Assembly: GCF_963921235.1 (NCBI RefSeq)
Contig: NC_086097.1
Coordinates: 148,864,001 to 148,928,000 of the forward strand
DNA: 64,000 nt
Origin: Mobula hypostoma
Lineage: Eukaryota
Reading direction: 5' to 3'
Position 1 is the first letter of the stretch; every line of letters begins with the position of its first letter. The notes beneath the pieces are model-generated. The model ran no database searches, was not told where the DNA came from, and worked only from the letters and a program-made list of their open reading frames with translations. This document shows, piece after piece, positions 39,680-53,299 of this stretch. The position numbers and the translations under genes were made by a program.

Positions 39680-42107
39680 TGTCAGAGGAACTGGTTAAGG
39701 CAGATTCAATAATATCACCTAAGAAACACTTGGGTAGGTACATGGAGGGCATAGCTTAGGGGGATATGGGCCAAATGCAGGAGATTGGGGCTAACTGGTG
39801 GGCACCAAGCTCAAGTTTAATTGTCATTCAACCATATACATGAATTTGGACTCCAGTACGCCCACTGTGCCTCTGCTCTCAACCTCACTGCCTCCAGTGT
39901 CTCCTCCCCTGAATGGCTACAACAGGCAACCTTGTGGCATGAGGGCATGGTTTGCGTAACAACCAAGGCTGCCCAGTTCCCATGCTGCCGGTTTCATCAA
40001 AGAACCAGTGAACTGAATTTGCTGTGTTCTACGCTACCATTGTCCAACAGGATCTAGTGATCACAAGAAAAACATCCAGAACAATCATTTGCAATGTTTA
40101 GTTAGACCACGCACGACCTCAGACGCCTTCCGATAGCAGGCAACAACACAGCACGCAACAAGTCCAGCTCCACTGCTATCAAGCAACTCATTAGTGGAGT
40201 ACACCTGCAGTACTTGACGCTCTTAATATCCAGCAGTGTTTGGTGATCTTTAAAAAAAAAATGTAAAGGATGAACAATTGCACCTTTGTTTGGACCCAGA
40301 GAGGCTACTGTGCCTGAGCAAGTCGTCATGATACCAGAAGTTCGAAGGTGATCAATCCTTGGAACTATGTTTGGTATGGACTTGGGCAGAAGGTTCTGCA
40401 TATTTATCATGTATTGCTCAATGATTCCAGAGTGTCAAATGAAATCATTTGTGAGGAAGGTGCTTTTCTCTAGGCTTGTGGAATCTAAAAATGAAAATCC
40501 TCCTCCAAATTTTCTCAAGTACTTAAATTAGATAAATGATTAAATTGACATATTTGCAAATTCAGATTGCAAGTGGTTACAATTCAAATAATTTGTATGC
40601 AGTGTAGTTATTTTGCATGATGCAAAATGGCTCTCAAAGAAATATTTGATCACCTGTTGCTTTCAATGTTGTCCCTGTGACTATGTGAGTTTCCTTTGAG
40701 TACTCTGATTCCCCCCCCCCATATTCTAAAGTCCTACGGGTTAGTTGATCAGATAGGTGTAAGTGGGCAGTGCAGTTCATTGAGCATGTGCTTGAATATT
40801 TTCCTCAGTCTGTTGCAGTCAAAATGTCTGTTTTGGATTGGGGAACTGGGACATGTGAATGATATGACCTGCACCTCTTTTAGGCCAACATTCCCAGCTT
40901 TGGGATTTGAACCACAAGACCCAAAGCTTCAGATTTATCTCTGAATTAACCAGTGAGAGTGGCACAATTGACCCAAATGCTTCTGGCCAGGAAGAATGGG
41001 AATCCCAACGTTAGTGGAGAGTTATTCCCGGTGATACCTGTCTGCTACCACTTGACCTTTTGGTAACTTTGCCATGAACTTACCAGTACACTTCTAAGAT
41101 GCAAAAGGAAGCCAGAACACCTGGCAAAGAAAAACTTTGCTGTCACCGTAAATGTGTAAATGAATAGTCATCATCTGAGGTCAAGACTGAATACCACACT
41201 AGCCTTTCAGGAATAGAAGGTTGAATAATATAAAAGGTTGACCAAAATCTGCCATTTTCTGTGGAACTATTGGTTCTCCTTTCATTGTCTAAGTTTCTCA
41301 TTGGAAATATCTAGCTGTATCCCCTTTTTTATTTAAAGATTTTGTATTTTCATGTTCTCTGTGTTTTTTTTTGAAGTGTTGCTATTCAGGATAAAGTGAA
41401 TAATTGACTTTGTCATACTTCAGTTAAAGTAATTCAACAGATCATCAGCAGTACGGACACAAGAAATATATTGTTTTCAAAGATTTCCACTAGATAGAAT
41501 GTATCCATCACACCAGATAGGTGATATCTCCCTTATTGCAGTGTACTCTTAAATGCACTTGTACATTCGAGTCACCTTTTGCTTTATTTACATGGACCAG
41601 ATTCCACTATCTGAAGGAGGCTTTTCTCATTTTTGTAATTTGTACTTACTTGAATTGATTAGCACATTGTGCATAGGCATAACTTCGGTATCTGAAAAGA
41701 AAAGGCAGACAGTTTGTGAATAGCTAGGTGATTGGGCATCAGATCTGCAACAAAAATTTAAAAAGAACTAAAGTACTAGAAATACTCAGCAGGTCAGGAT
41801 TGTATGTGGAAAGGGAAAATTGTCATGTTTCAGAATAAATATAGGCTTATTGCCCTGAAAAGATAAATCTTGTCTCTTCACAGTTGCTGCCTGATCTGCT
41901 GTGTCCTTTACATTTTTGTTTGCATTTCAATTTCCAGCATCTGTAATTACTTGCTTTTCAATTTTAGTTCTGCAAAAAAAAATACAAGGTAGTCAGCTAT
42001 TTCCTTAATTTTATTCCAGTTTAAATTTAGTTTCACCACTTCAATTTGCAATAGCTGTTATTTGCCTCTCTAATTTTGATAGTTTGCTTTGTAAATAATT
42101 TTAAAAG

Positions 42108-42229
42108 GCAATCAAATGAAGTTGACTCCTGCAGCAGAAGAAATGGCCACCTTCTTTGCGAAGATGCTGGATCACGAGTACACCACAAAGGCAATTTTCA
42201 GACAAAACTTTTTTGAGGACTGGCGGCAG
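42108..42229 (+). CDS. TOP1MT: Topoisomerase IB core exon (NQMKLTPAAEEMATFFAKMLDHEYTTKAIFRQNFFEDWRQ)
   Basis: aaaAG acceptor and CAG|GTGTGT donor. 122 bp. Conserved AEE.ATFFAKMLDHEYTTK motif; in frame with both neighbours. Confidence 0.95.
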
Positions 42230-42663
42230 GTGTGTGTCCTTTTTATTTGATAAACCTATTGATTTTTGTTGCGGGGGGGTGCCTTGCTTGTAGATTGTGG
42301 CTTCTGGCCATGTAATTATTTAATCATTTAACCATGATGCCTCAGGCATCATCATTACGGCAGGCCTGATGCTTTCCCTTTTTTTTTCATGTGCTCGTGT
42401 CCCATTTGAAATCTCTTTTTGAAGTTAATTGTATGTTATTTAGTTGCTGAATTTGCTGTGAATTAGTCACTGAATTTCAAATACAAGGTGATGTGCAATG
42501 CCACTGCTCCATGACTTTATTTAACACAAAAACAATTTGTGCCTGGATACTAAGGTTTTTGCACAAGTCTGAAAAGCAATAAAATTACATCTTTGACGTG
42601 ATCTGAGTTACAGATCCTATTATAAATGTACCTCATTTACTTTTGGATTTGCTTTGGTTACAG

Positions 42664-42786
42664 GAAATGAGTAGCTCAGAGAGGATGATAATCAGAGACC
42701 TAAATAAATGCGATTTCACAGAACTTCATCGATACTTTACTGAAAAAGCAGAGGCCAGAAAAGGATTGCCCAAAGAGGAAAAACAG
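42664..42786 (+). CDS. TOP1MT: Topoisomerase IB core exon (EMSSSERMIIRDLNKCDFTELHRYFTEKAEARKGLPKEEKQ)
   Basis: tacAG acceptor and CAG|GTACAA donor. 123 bp. Contained in ORF 42643..42837. Confidence 0.95.
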
Positions 42787-43217
42787 GTACAAGCATGTTT
42801 GCCAAGTAGAAAAGTATTTCAGTTATCCAATCACTAAAATAATTTATGCTGAGGTACAGCCTAATTCTATTAGCAGCATCCCTGAAAAGCCATTTCAGTG
42901 AGTCTATACAGTCTCAGTTAAGTTCAAACATTTGACTTTTAAATGAAAATTGTTGTACAAGGTTAGAAGATAATAAATAAATATTCTGCTTGCTCAAGAA
43001 GGATGAGGAAAAAAACATAATTTTAAAAAACAGCTAGAGCCTATGGTGGATGATTGTGGAAAAACTTAAGGCTGGTTAATTAGGTGTGCTGTTTGCTGAA
43101 TAAAAGAACTCCATTTCTCAGTCATCAGTTTAGGAGATATGTTCTCAAGTTGAAGGTCTTTAATGCTTTTACCCAACTCACTTTAAATGGAAGAATGTGG
43201 GGTGACTTTATTCGAAC

Positions 43218-43685
43218 ATAAATGATTCCTTAGGGAAGACACATCAAAGTTGCTGGTGAACGCAGCAGGCCAGGCAGCATCTCTAGGAAGAGGTACAGTC
43301 GACGTTTCGGGCCGAGACCCTTCGTCAGGACTAACTGAAAGAATAAGAGAATTGGGAGGGGGAGGGGGAGATCCAAAATGATAGGAGAAGACAGGAGGGG
43401 GAGGGATGGAGCCAAGAGCTGGACAGGTGATTGGCAAAACACTGCCATGTTCATGCAGCGTACCTGATGGCATGAACATTGACTTCTGTAACTTCTGCTA
43501 ATGCCTCACCTCCCCCTTGTACCCCATCCGTTATTTATTTATATACACACATTCTTTCTCTATCTCTACTTTTTCTCCCTCTGTCCCTCTCACTATAGCC
43601 CTTCCCATCCTCTGGGTTCCCCCCCCCCCTTTTCCTTCTCCCTGGGCCTCCTGTCCCATGATCCTGTCATACCCCTTTTGCCAGT
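43218..43685. mobile_element. Penelope 3'-end relic with two oppositely oriented halves
   Basis: 43218-43438 matches the tail of the 28394 element on the minus strand; about 43460-43685 is the plus-strand 3' region. Confidence 0.8.
43297..43332 (-). ncRNA. Minimal type I hammerhead ribozyme motif in a Penelope tail
   Basis: Minus strand reads AGTC-CTGACGA-A-GGGTC-TC-GGCCC-GAAAC-GTC-GACT: catalytic core, stem II, GUC cleavage triplet and stem I AGTC/GACT. Confidence 0.75.
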
Positions 43686-43699
43686 TGGTGTTGATATAA

Positions 43700-44240
43700 G
43701 ACATAGGAGCAGAATTAAGCCATTTGCCTCATCAAGTCTACTCTGCCATTCAATCATAGCTAATTTATTATCTCTCTCAATGCCATTCTCCTGGCCTTCT
43801 CCCTATATCCTTTGATGCCCTTTATTAATCAAGAACCTCTGCTTTAAATATACTCAATGACTTGGCCTCCACAGTTGTTTGTAGCAATTAATTCCACAGA
43901 TTCACCACCCTCTGGAAAAAGTTCCTCCTCATCTCTTCTAAATGGACGTCCATCTATTCTGAGGCTATACTCTCTTGTCCTAGACTCTCCCACTAATGGA
44001 AACATCTTCACATCAGCTCTATTTAGGTCTTTCAATATTCAATGGGTTTCAACTTGTTCTTCTAAACTCCAGTAAGTACAGGCCTTACGCCATCAAATGT
44101 CCTGTTCATTCCTGTAGGCTTCCTCTGGATCCTCTTCAATGCAACCATATCTTTTAGATTTAGGGCCCAGAGCTGCTTGCAATAGTCCAAACGTGGCCTG
44201 ACAATGTCTTATAAAGGCTTTGTATTACATCCTTGCTTTT
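43700..44240 (-). mobile_element. Old CR1 3' remnant
   Basis: MFPLVGESRTREYSLRIDGRPF, resembling the other CR1 3' ends in the window. Confidence 0.75.
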
Positions 44241-44242
44241 AT

Positions 44243-44607
44243 AGGAGAGGTGATTGATAAGTTTGTCGCCTAAGGTAGAAGGAGTCAGTTTTAGAAAACC
44301 TAGCACATTTATTTTTCAACATAGTCCCCCCCTACATTTACACAGTCCAGCGGTCGTGGAGCATTTGGATCCCTTCTTTGCAGAAGTCGGCGTCTTGGAT
44401 CTCCAGAAAGTGGTCCTCAGCAGAGGTGATAGATAAGTTTATGGCCTAAGATAGAAGGAGATGTGTTATTAACTTCAAACTTTCTGCTTAATCACTCAGA
44501 GTTGAACTGCACGTGCATGTAACCAGAGCTTTATAACTCATCTTCTACCTTAGGCCACGAACTTATCAATTACCCCTGCTGTGGACCACTTTCTGGAGGT
44601 CCAAGAC
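44243..44607 (-). mobile_element. Mariner-derived non-autonomous element with internal palindrome
   Basis: The TIR-like motif GGTGATTGATAAGTT..GCCTAAGGTAGAAG occurs three times. Minus strand encodes a degenerate mariner C-terminus (MLHDRWT..VNVGGDYVEK*). Confidence 0.7.
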
Positions 44608-44957
44608 TACTTGTATCTTTTATTGGCCAATATAATTTCTGCTGCCTCAGTTGGTAAAGAACCCCTATTAGCTTTAGCTACTCCTTTCCTTTTTACACAT
44701 CTCGAACATTTATTGCCTAGTCGACGTTTGTTTCCTGCTACCATAATCTCATTGTTTTGTTTATCAATGCCTTGGACAATGTCCACTGAATTGTGAAAAA
44801 CCAAAAGCTTATGGTTCAAGTGTTTTATTATGGAAAGGCTGTCTTTTCCTTTGTTTAAAAAAATGTACTATAATTAACTTATTTTGATGGCGACAACTGA
44901 GCCACTTTTCCTGCAGGATATTTTTGGCTTTGTTTGCTGATATCTCTGATATATTTT

Positions 44958-45132
44958 GGGCACCACTGTAGCGTAACAGCACGACACTATTACAGCTTGG
45001 GCTTTCCAGATTGCAGAGTTCAATTCTGGCACCGTTCTGTAAGGAATTTCTGTACATCCTCACCATAGAATGAGTAGGTTTTCACTAGGTGATCCAGTTT
45101 CCTCCCACAGTCCAAAGATGTACAGGGTAGGT
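44958..45132 (+). mobile_element. V-SINE-like element remnant
   Basis: tRNA-like head (GAGTTCAATTC) followed by the V-core-like GTTTCCTCCCACAGTCCAAAGA. Confidence 0.6.
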
Positions 45133-45314
45133 CATCTTAAAATTCTAAGAAGGTTTTGCTAAATTGTGGTAGGAGTTGTGTGTAAAATTAAAGATTATGG
45201 CCACATAAATACAGCAATCACTAAAGCTAGAATATACAGTAAATACCTAAAATAATGAAAATGGCAGCCATTTTCTTATGGTATCGAAATAGAAATGGGT
45301 GGATAAATTTTTTT

Positions 45315-48300
45315 TGATTTTATTTTTATTTGGATAAGGAATTCACAATTATCATGTACTTTTTTCACACATATAACCTTTTCCATTTTTTTATATGTAT
45401 AAAACTACAATTATTTATACATTCTTAAGTACACATTGAGATGATATAAAAGGAAAATAAACATTTAAATAGATAATTATGTACTTTGGTAAATCTAACC
45501 TATTAGGCTAAGTAATGAAATTAGTTGTTAAGAAAAATGGTAATAATAGTTTCCATACAACCCTTCTGGACCATTTCCACTGGTCCAAAATGTTGCATAC
45601 AAGCCTATATACCAACCATTGTAGGTGTTTATATCCCAATTTGTTCGTGCTTGTTCCTGCCCGCAGACATAATTATCTAATCCCTATGTACTTACTTAGT
45701 TAATTTTTTCATTTTTTTTTTATCCCTTTCCCAAATCTTTCCCTTTACTTGTGTTAATTCTCTATTTTCCAAAAAAAAACAACAACAAACATTTAGACTA
45801 GGGGTGCTTACGTTAGCAATATTACTGTGTTGATGAGAAGAGCAATATAAATCATTAGGAGAGTCATCTAAACTCTGCTCGCATTGGGGTTATATATTCA
45901 ATCCATTTATTCCAGATTTGATAAAATGTTTCTTTTTGAGTTCTCAGGGAGTAGGTCAACTTTTCCATTTTAAATATTTCCAAGATAATTTCGTACCGAT
46001 CTTCTAATGTAGGTGGTATTGGATTTAGCCATTTTCTAGTGATTGATTTCTTACTTGCCGCTAAGAGGGCCTGCAGCAACTTTATATCTTCCTTCTGTTC
46101 AAGGAACAATACATGCCCCAAATAGAGCGTCTCAAAGTTCAGAGGTATCTGGGACCTAAGTACCTTAACTAATGTTCTATGAATACCTTCCCAAAATAGA
46201 CTTAATTTAGGGCAATCGCAGAAAATATGAAAATGATTTGCCTCCTTGGAGCCGCACCTTCTCCAACACATCACATTTGTATCTTTATATTTTTCCTGAT
46301 ATGGGGTCTTGAAGTATCTTATAATGTTTTTCCAACAATGTTCTCTCCAAGTCAAAGAATTAGTCGAGGACCATTGAAAGCTGCAGATTGTCCCCCAAGC
46401 CTCCTCTGAAAGTACCAACCCCGCTTCTTTCTCCCACTTCTCTTTAATATACAGTGTATTTACATTTTTAGCATGGGAGAGTGCATTATATAGGCGAGAA
46501 ACTGATTTACTAGGTATTGAACTGCAAGCCGAATTCAGAATCTTGAAAAATTCTAATTCTACTGTTGATAGGTCTGTATATCTACAACTCTGGTTAACAT
46601 AGTTCCGTATTTGAAGGTACCTAAAAAAGTCATTATGTTCTAGGCCATGTTTGTCCTGCAGGATTTGGAAACTTTGTAATACTCTTTTATCTATAAATGA
46701 GAGGTAGGTTGTAAGACCTTTCTTTATCCATAGCTCAAATCTTTTATCTCCTCTGTTGGGAAGGAATTCGGTATCATATGCACACCATCTAAAGAGTTTT
46801 AACATGTTATTAATTCCACATGAATTAACCACCTTCTGCCATACTTTTAATGTAAGATTTATCCAAGCATTATTAAATTTTTCCAACTGGGCCATCAATC
46901 CTTTGTCAGCTATTGAGGCCTGAAGAGGAAAACTGTCAACTAATCCAAATTCTATTTCCTTCCATCTAGCCTTATATTCCCTATTACACCAATATAACAG
47001 AGGGGTTATCTGTGAGGCATAAAAATAATTTCTCAGGCAAGGAAGACCATACCTCCTCCTTCCTTCCCGAACTGTAAGGAATCGAATATCGAACTATATC
47101 GAATTCTAGGTTTCCTTCCTTGCCAAATGAACCGGGAAATCCATTTGTCCCATTCCCTGAATTGATTATCATCCACCTCCACTGATAAAGTACGGAAAAG
47201 ATATAATAACCGAGGAAGAATATTCATTTTTATAGTATTTATCCTTGAATTTAAACTTAAAAAGGGGATAAGATTCCATCTATGCATATCTGCTTTTATC
47301 TCTGAGATTAATGGCCCATAATTTACCTGTGACAGTGTTGAAAGATCCTTCGGCAGGGTTATTCCTAAATATTTTAATGATTTAGCTTCCCACTTAAGAT
47401 CGTATGTATCCTGCAATTTTTTGGATGGTGTATAATTTAGGGACATAACCTGCGTTTTCTTTACATTTATTTTATAACCTGATATTTTCCCAAAGTCATC
47501 CAACAGTGTAAACAATCCTATAAATGATTTTTCTGGTTCACTCAGATAGACCAAAACATCATCTGCGAATAACGCCACTTTCTGTTCAATCCCTGCCACC
47601 TTGATACCTTTTACGATTTCGCTCTGTCTTATTAGTTGGGCAAGTGGTTCAATATATAGCGCAAAAAGGAGAGGAGAAATTGGGCATCCCTGTCTAGTGC
47701 CTGTCTCTAAAATGAAGGAGTCAGAGAGGTCCCCATTTATCTTAATTCGGGCTGTAGGGCTGTCATATAGAGTCTGAATTACTTTAATAAACCTTTCTTG
47801 AAAGCCGAATCTTCCTAACACTCTGTATAGGAATGCCCAACTAACCGAATCAAAAGCTTTCTCAGCGTCCAATCCTACTACCATTGTCTCTGTCTCGTTC
47901 TTATTAACCTGTTCTAATATGTGCAGAGTTCTCCTTATGTTGTCCTGTGTTTGTCTTTGTTGAATAAATCCAGTCTGGTCTAAATGGATTAGGCCAGGTA
48001 AAAGCTTTTCCAATCTGCGCGCTAATATAGATGTAAATAGTTTGTAATCTAAATTAAGAACACTAATTGGCCGATAATTGCCACATTCTAGTTTATCTTT
48101 ACCCTCTTTAGGAATAACTGAAATAATCGCTTCTCTCCAGGAAGGTGGAGTTTCTCCTCTCTGCAAGATCCAATTAGAGGTGTTAAGTAGTAATGGGGCT
48201 AACTGTGTCTTCAGGGACTTGTACCACTCTGAGGTAAACCCATCAGAACCTGGGGACTTTCCAGCCTTTAACCTAGAGATGGCCACGTTCAGTTCTTTGA

Positions 48301-51150
48301 CAGTTACTGGTTCAAATAAACTTTCATTTTGTAAATCTGTAAGTTTAGGTAGATCTAAAAAATTCAATACACTGTCTATATAGGGCTCATTGGGGGCCCG
48401 GGGTTGGGAGTACAGCTCTCGATAATATGTTTCAAAACTCTCTTGAATTTTCCCTATTGTACTCTCCACAAGCTTTGTCTTTGGATTCTTTATTTTATGA
48501 ATTGTATTGTCTGCTTGTTGTTTTCGTAATTTATATGCTAATAATCTAGCTGATTTACCTCCTACTTCATAATTCTTTTGTCTCAGGTAAAGAAAATTTC
48601 TTTGAGTTTCCAACGTATAAATATCATCAATTTCACTTTGCAATTTCCTAATTTCCTGTTTTCGATTTGAATTACTTTTGTTGCTATCTACAACTTGAAG
48701 TTGTTTTAATTTTCCTTGAAGGCCTGCTAATTTTTGTGCATTGATTTTTTTCATGTGAGTAGTAATGGAAATAATTTTCCCTCTCAGTACAGCTTTCAAT
48801 GTATCCCATAAAATCACTGGTGATGTTTCTCCCGTGTCATTAAGGTCTAGATATTCTTTGATTTCTCCCCTTAATCTCTCCATTACTTTTGGGTTATTGA
48901 GTATATGTGAGTTTAGCCTCCATAGTGTTTTCCTCATTTTCCTTTCCAGGATTAGAGACATAGAGACTGGGCTATGATCCGACAGATCAATTGTTGCAAT
49001 ATTACAGTTTTTTATCCTGAGTCTATCTGTATTAAAGATAAAGAAATAGTCTATCCTTGAATAGGCTGAATGAGGGAAAGAGTAATATGTATAATCTTTA
49101 CTAGTAGGGTGTAATTCCCTCCAGACATCTATAATTCCCAACTCCTCCATCAATGAATTCACTTTCCGAGTCAGAGGTTTATTCTGAGTAACTATTCTTG
49201 AAGAATCTAATATAGGATTTAATCTAATATTAAAATTCCCTCCACAAATTACTACCCCTCGAGAACTGACCATTAAGTCAAAAATGTGTCTATAAAATGA
49301 CCATTCACTACCTGGAGGAGCATAAACATTCAGCAATGTTATTTCTGTACCTTCTATTCTTCCTGTGATTTTTACAAACCGTCCTTCTTTGTCTCTAGTC
49401 TCTGAAATATGTTCATAATTAAGAGTACTTGATATTAAAGTAGCTACCCCTCTTTTGTGACTCAATTTATATGATGAATAAAATATATGCTTAAAGCCCA
49501 TTCTTTTTTATTTTCCATGTTCAGATTGGCTCATATGTGTTTCCTGGAGGAAAGCTATTTGTGCCCTCTCTTTTTTCAATTTAGACATAATCTTATTTCT
49601 TTTAATTGGATTCAAAACCCCATTAACATTATAGGAAATTATTTTTACCAATTCAGTTTGCATTTTTCTCTAGTAGAAAAAAAGCACTCTCCTTTTCTAA
49701 CCAAACAGTAAGCAATCCCTTCTCAACAGTAAACCAAGACATATAACCACACCCTAGACATTTCTGAACGTATAACATTTGAAAATTTTTCCCGACTTCC
49801 CACAGTGAGGCCTGAGCACCGACCCACCTCAGTTCAGAGGGATAACCTCTATCTTCACCCTGTGTTAGAGGGCCCTCAGCAGTTTGAATAATCATAGAGA
49901 ATTTTCTCCTATTTATGTCTCGACCATATTGCTATCATTCAAGTTATTCTGCCTAGTTTATTTTCAGTTACCAGTTTTCATTTTACTTTTAAGTCCGATT
50001 TACTCTTTTCAGTCATTTCTCTTAATTAATCTGTATTCTCTGTACATTCGGGTCTGAATATTTGCAGCTTTTCCTTGTAATTTGACACTCTGGTTCGAGT
50101 GGAGCGTCCTCGCCCTACTAACTGCCACAACTTCTGCCGAATCCTCTCCAGTAGCGACTCCGGTTGGGTGATAACTTTAATAGGTAGTCCCCGGTCCGCC
50201 AGGTCCAACGTTGCCTCCTCCACCGTAGCGTAAGTTTTTGTCCCTTCATTGTAAAAGACTCTCAGCCGAGCTGGATACAGGGTCTGGAATCTGATGTTGT
50301 TTTCCTTCAGGACTCTCCGTGTTTCCGTATATTCCTTCCGTCTGGCAAGAATCCCCGGTGCATAGTCGTGGTCTAAACTGATTTTGCAGTTGTTCCACAT
50401 GAAACCTTTCTTTTGCCATGCTCTTTTAAGCACCTCTTCCTTCGTTCTGTAACTGAGAAATCTGATCAGAATCGATCTGGGCTGGGCGCCTGCCGGAGGC
50501 TATGGTGCCAACGTGCGGTGAGCCCTTTCTATCTGTAGGTCTTTTGCGGCCGGTATATCAAGGTTCTCTCTAAGCAGCTTCTCCACGAAGGGAATCATCA
50601 ATCCGGGTTTACCTTCGGTTCCTTCGGGAACTCCGTAGATCCTCACATTTTCCCTTCTCGAGCGGCCTTCTTGATCTATTAGTTTCCACTGGAGCTGGTT
50701 TTGTAGCTTCAGCATTTCTGCTATCACTTCCTCGGCGTTTTGTAGCTTCTCTTCAATTCCAACAATCCTCGCTTCGGCTTCATCTATCCGCGAGTTAGTT
50801 TTTACTATTTCTCCTTTAATATCTTCCAGCTGTTTGCTGTTATCTTGTCGGAACTCGCGAATCTCTCCGAGAATCAAAGACAGAGTCACCGATTCCCCCT
50901 CATTATCTCCGTCCTGGCTTGCCGTGGGAGAGCTAGGCCCTTCGCCTTGCTGTATCTCTTTATGTTTATCAGCCTTCAAAGCGGACTTTTTATTCTTGTT
51001 CTTAGACATCATCCTTGCCCCTTTTATTAATATAGTTATGCAATATTAAGTATTTGTCTAAATTCGATTTTGGGGCAGCTTACCTTCTTTTTTGTCGAGA
51101 GACCTTTTCCTTACGCCGCCATTCCCTTGATGACCCGGAAGTCGAGCATA
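45315..51150 (-). mobile_element. Full-length young L1-clade LINE (ORF1 + APE/RT ORF2) with 13-bp TSD
   Basis: ORF1 51012-50026 (EGRSRRENVRIYGVPE) has one in-frame TAG at 50500. ORF2 has NVYAP, YSRIDYF, SDHSP, DAEKAFDSV, GTRQGCPISP and FADD, with lesions near 49510 and 47040-47100. TSD GATAAATTTTTTT at 45302-45314 and 51151-51163. Confidence 0.96.
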
Positions 51151-51241
51151 GATAAATTTTTTTATGGGAACAGCACAAGAAGTTATTAAAACGAGTGTAA
51201 ACCAATGAGTTATCGTGTAAAAATTCAGCTTTTCCTTGCAG

Positions 51242-51429
51242 AAATTAAAGATGGAGCAAGATGCAATCATTGAGGAGTACGGCTATTGTATAATGGATGG
51301 GCATCGGGAAAGAATCGCAAACTTCAAAATTGAGCCACCAGGGCTTTTTCGTGGCCGTGGTGATCATCCGAAGATGGGAAAACTGAAGAGAAGGATCATG
51401 CCTGAAGATGTCATCATCAATTGTAGTAG
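51242..51429 (+). CDS. TOP1MT: Topoisomerase IB core exon ([62 protein letters not shown])
   Basis: ttgcAG acceptor and AG|GTAAAT donor. 188 bp. Hallmark [17 protein letters not shown] motif. Confidence 0.97.
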
Positions 51430-53299
51430 GTAAATGGATTATATGATAAATCCAAAAATAAGTTTTTTTTTATAGAGAAACTGCCATATAATTTATACCT
51501 TCCTTGTTTCTTTTTCATCTTTCTACCTTGCTTTTTTCAGCCATGAGTCCATGCATTTTTCCTTATGAGCACATATTCTCTTTGTGGTTTAACAATATTT
51601 TCAGTATGTTTGGAGTTGAACATTTCTTTCTTATGTTTACAAAGGGAAACATTCAAGTGTACCTTAAATGAAGAAAAATGTAATTATTTTTGCATTCTTT
51701 TGGGTTGCAAAGAAAATTTGGATTGGGTGATAAACTGGTTGTTTTGGGTTCGGTAACTTTTTAGGTAGTCAGTGTTTATCAGGAATGGCTTGGTTCCATT
51801 TTGGTTTTGTGGCTACTGAGGCCGTGTGAGAACTATAGATAAAGGGAAGTATTGTGATGTTCCTGGTAACAATCCTCAAGAATAATGATCATTTAGGCAA
51901 AGAGAATCTACCTTTATTGGTTGATCTAACAACAAGCACATAAATAATACAAAACTAGTTGTCTGTATGCGCACACACACCAGGTGTCTCTGACCCTGAA
52001 TAATCAAAGAATAGAAAAGGTAATACCTGGGAGTAGGAGTCTGTGCTGTTCCTCTGGGACCAAAGTGCAAAACACACTACATACAATGCATAGTTACAAT
52101 CCAGTAGTCACAAGATAGCATAAGTCTCTTTGTGGCATTGCCTGAAGATTGACATGAAGTGTGAAGTGCTTGTTTATGTAAGACAATATAATGTTACTCA
52201 CACTATTAGAATAAAACAATGGGTGGTAGAAATACGCAAAACAGCAGCAATAAAAGATTAAAAGTGACCAGTGCACGAGTAGAGTGTTTCTGAGTTGGAA
52301 GTTGAGGAGGTGGCAGGGCATTCAGGCAGTGTACGTTGTGCTAAGTGGCAACAGAGCGTTAAGAAGTCTACCAACCTGGGAGGAGAAGCTTGATCCTGAC
52401 ATAATCTCCACATTTCCAACATGGGGTCATCCATTTTCCCCCAGTGGTTGGTCTCCAGCTTTCACTGATTCTACTCCCACAATCCTCCATCCTCTTCCTA
52501 TCAGATCACACTGATGTGTTTTGATTTCATTGGCTCAGGCTTGCCTGACTGACCTGTGCCAGCTTTTTACTAGGTCGAACCCATGGCCACAAGCAATATT
52601 ATGCTCATCCCCAGATATGTGCCTCAGATAACTTTGTTTTCTGAATCAAACCATTTCAAAGCAAGTTAACCAGGTCAGCCAATTACTAGGCTCAAGATAC
52701 TTCAGGTCACAGATTGGTCCTTCCACAGTACATAACTGAACAGTTTCTTTGGAAATGATCTCAAGTTTAGCAGATTATTAACAGGAAATTCATTGTGTCC
52801 ACATCTAGCTGCTCTAATCAAGCCAGTACTGTACAGGAATCCATTTACAAAATGGCAACTGCAAGAACAGACTTACAATGTGGCTGTCTCCATTCCTTTG
52901 AAAGAATGGCAAGAGCAAAGACATTTAGTTTACCAACTTCCACACTCCTTAACTCATTCATTCAATTTTGCTGATTTGAAGATTGTGATTCTTCCTGGCC
53001 AACACTGAAATGCTTCTGTTTCAGTTGTGCTCCAACTGCATAGCCTCAATATTCTTCAGACCTTCCTGATGTTCCTTCTCCATTTGTGTGGGAAAATACC
53101 AAGAAGTTGATGGGAATGTCAAGTTTCTTCTTTTGAGCACATCCTTGAATCTCTTCCCGTGCCTGCTTGATAATCCTTCCCAATGATAGCTCAAAATAGT
53201 TAGTTACAATAATATAAGCACTGAGCAAGCAAGCAACATGGTCTAACCAGTGTAGCCAACTGAGTGCAACTAGGGCCTAGATGTACTTTGATAATAATT

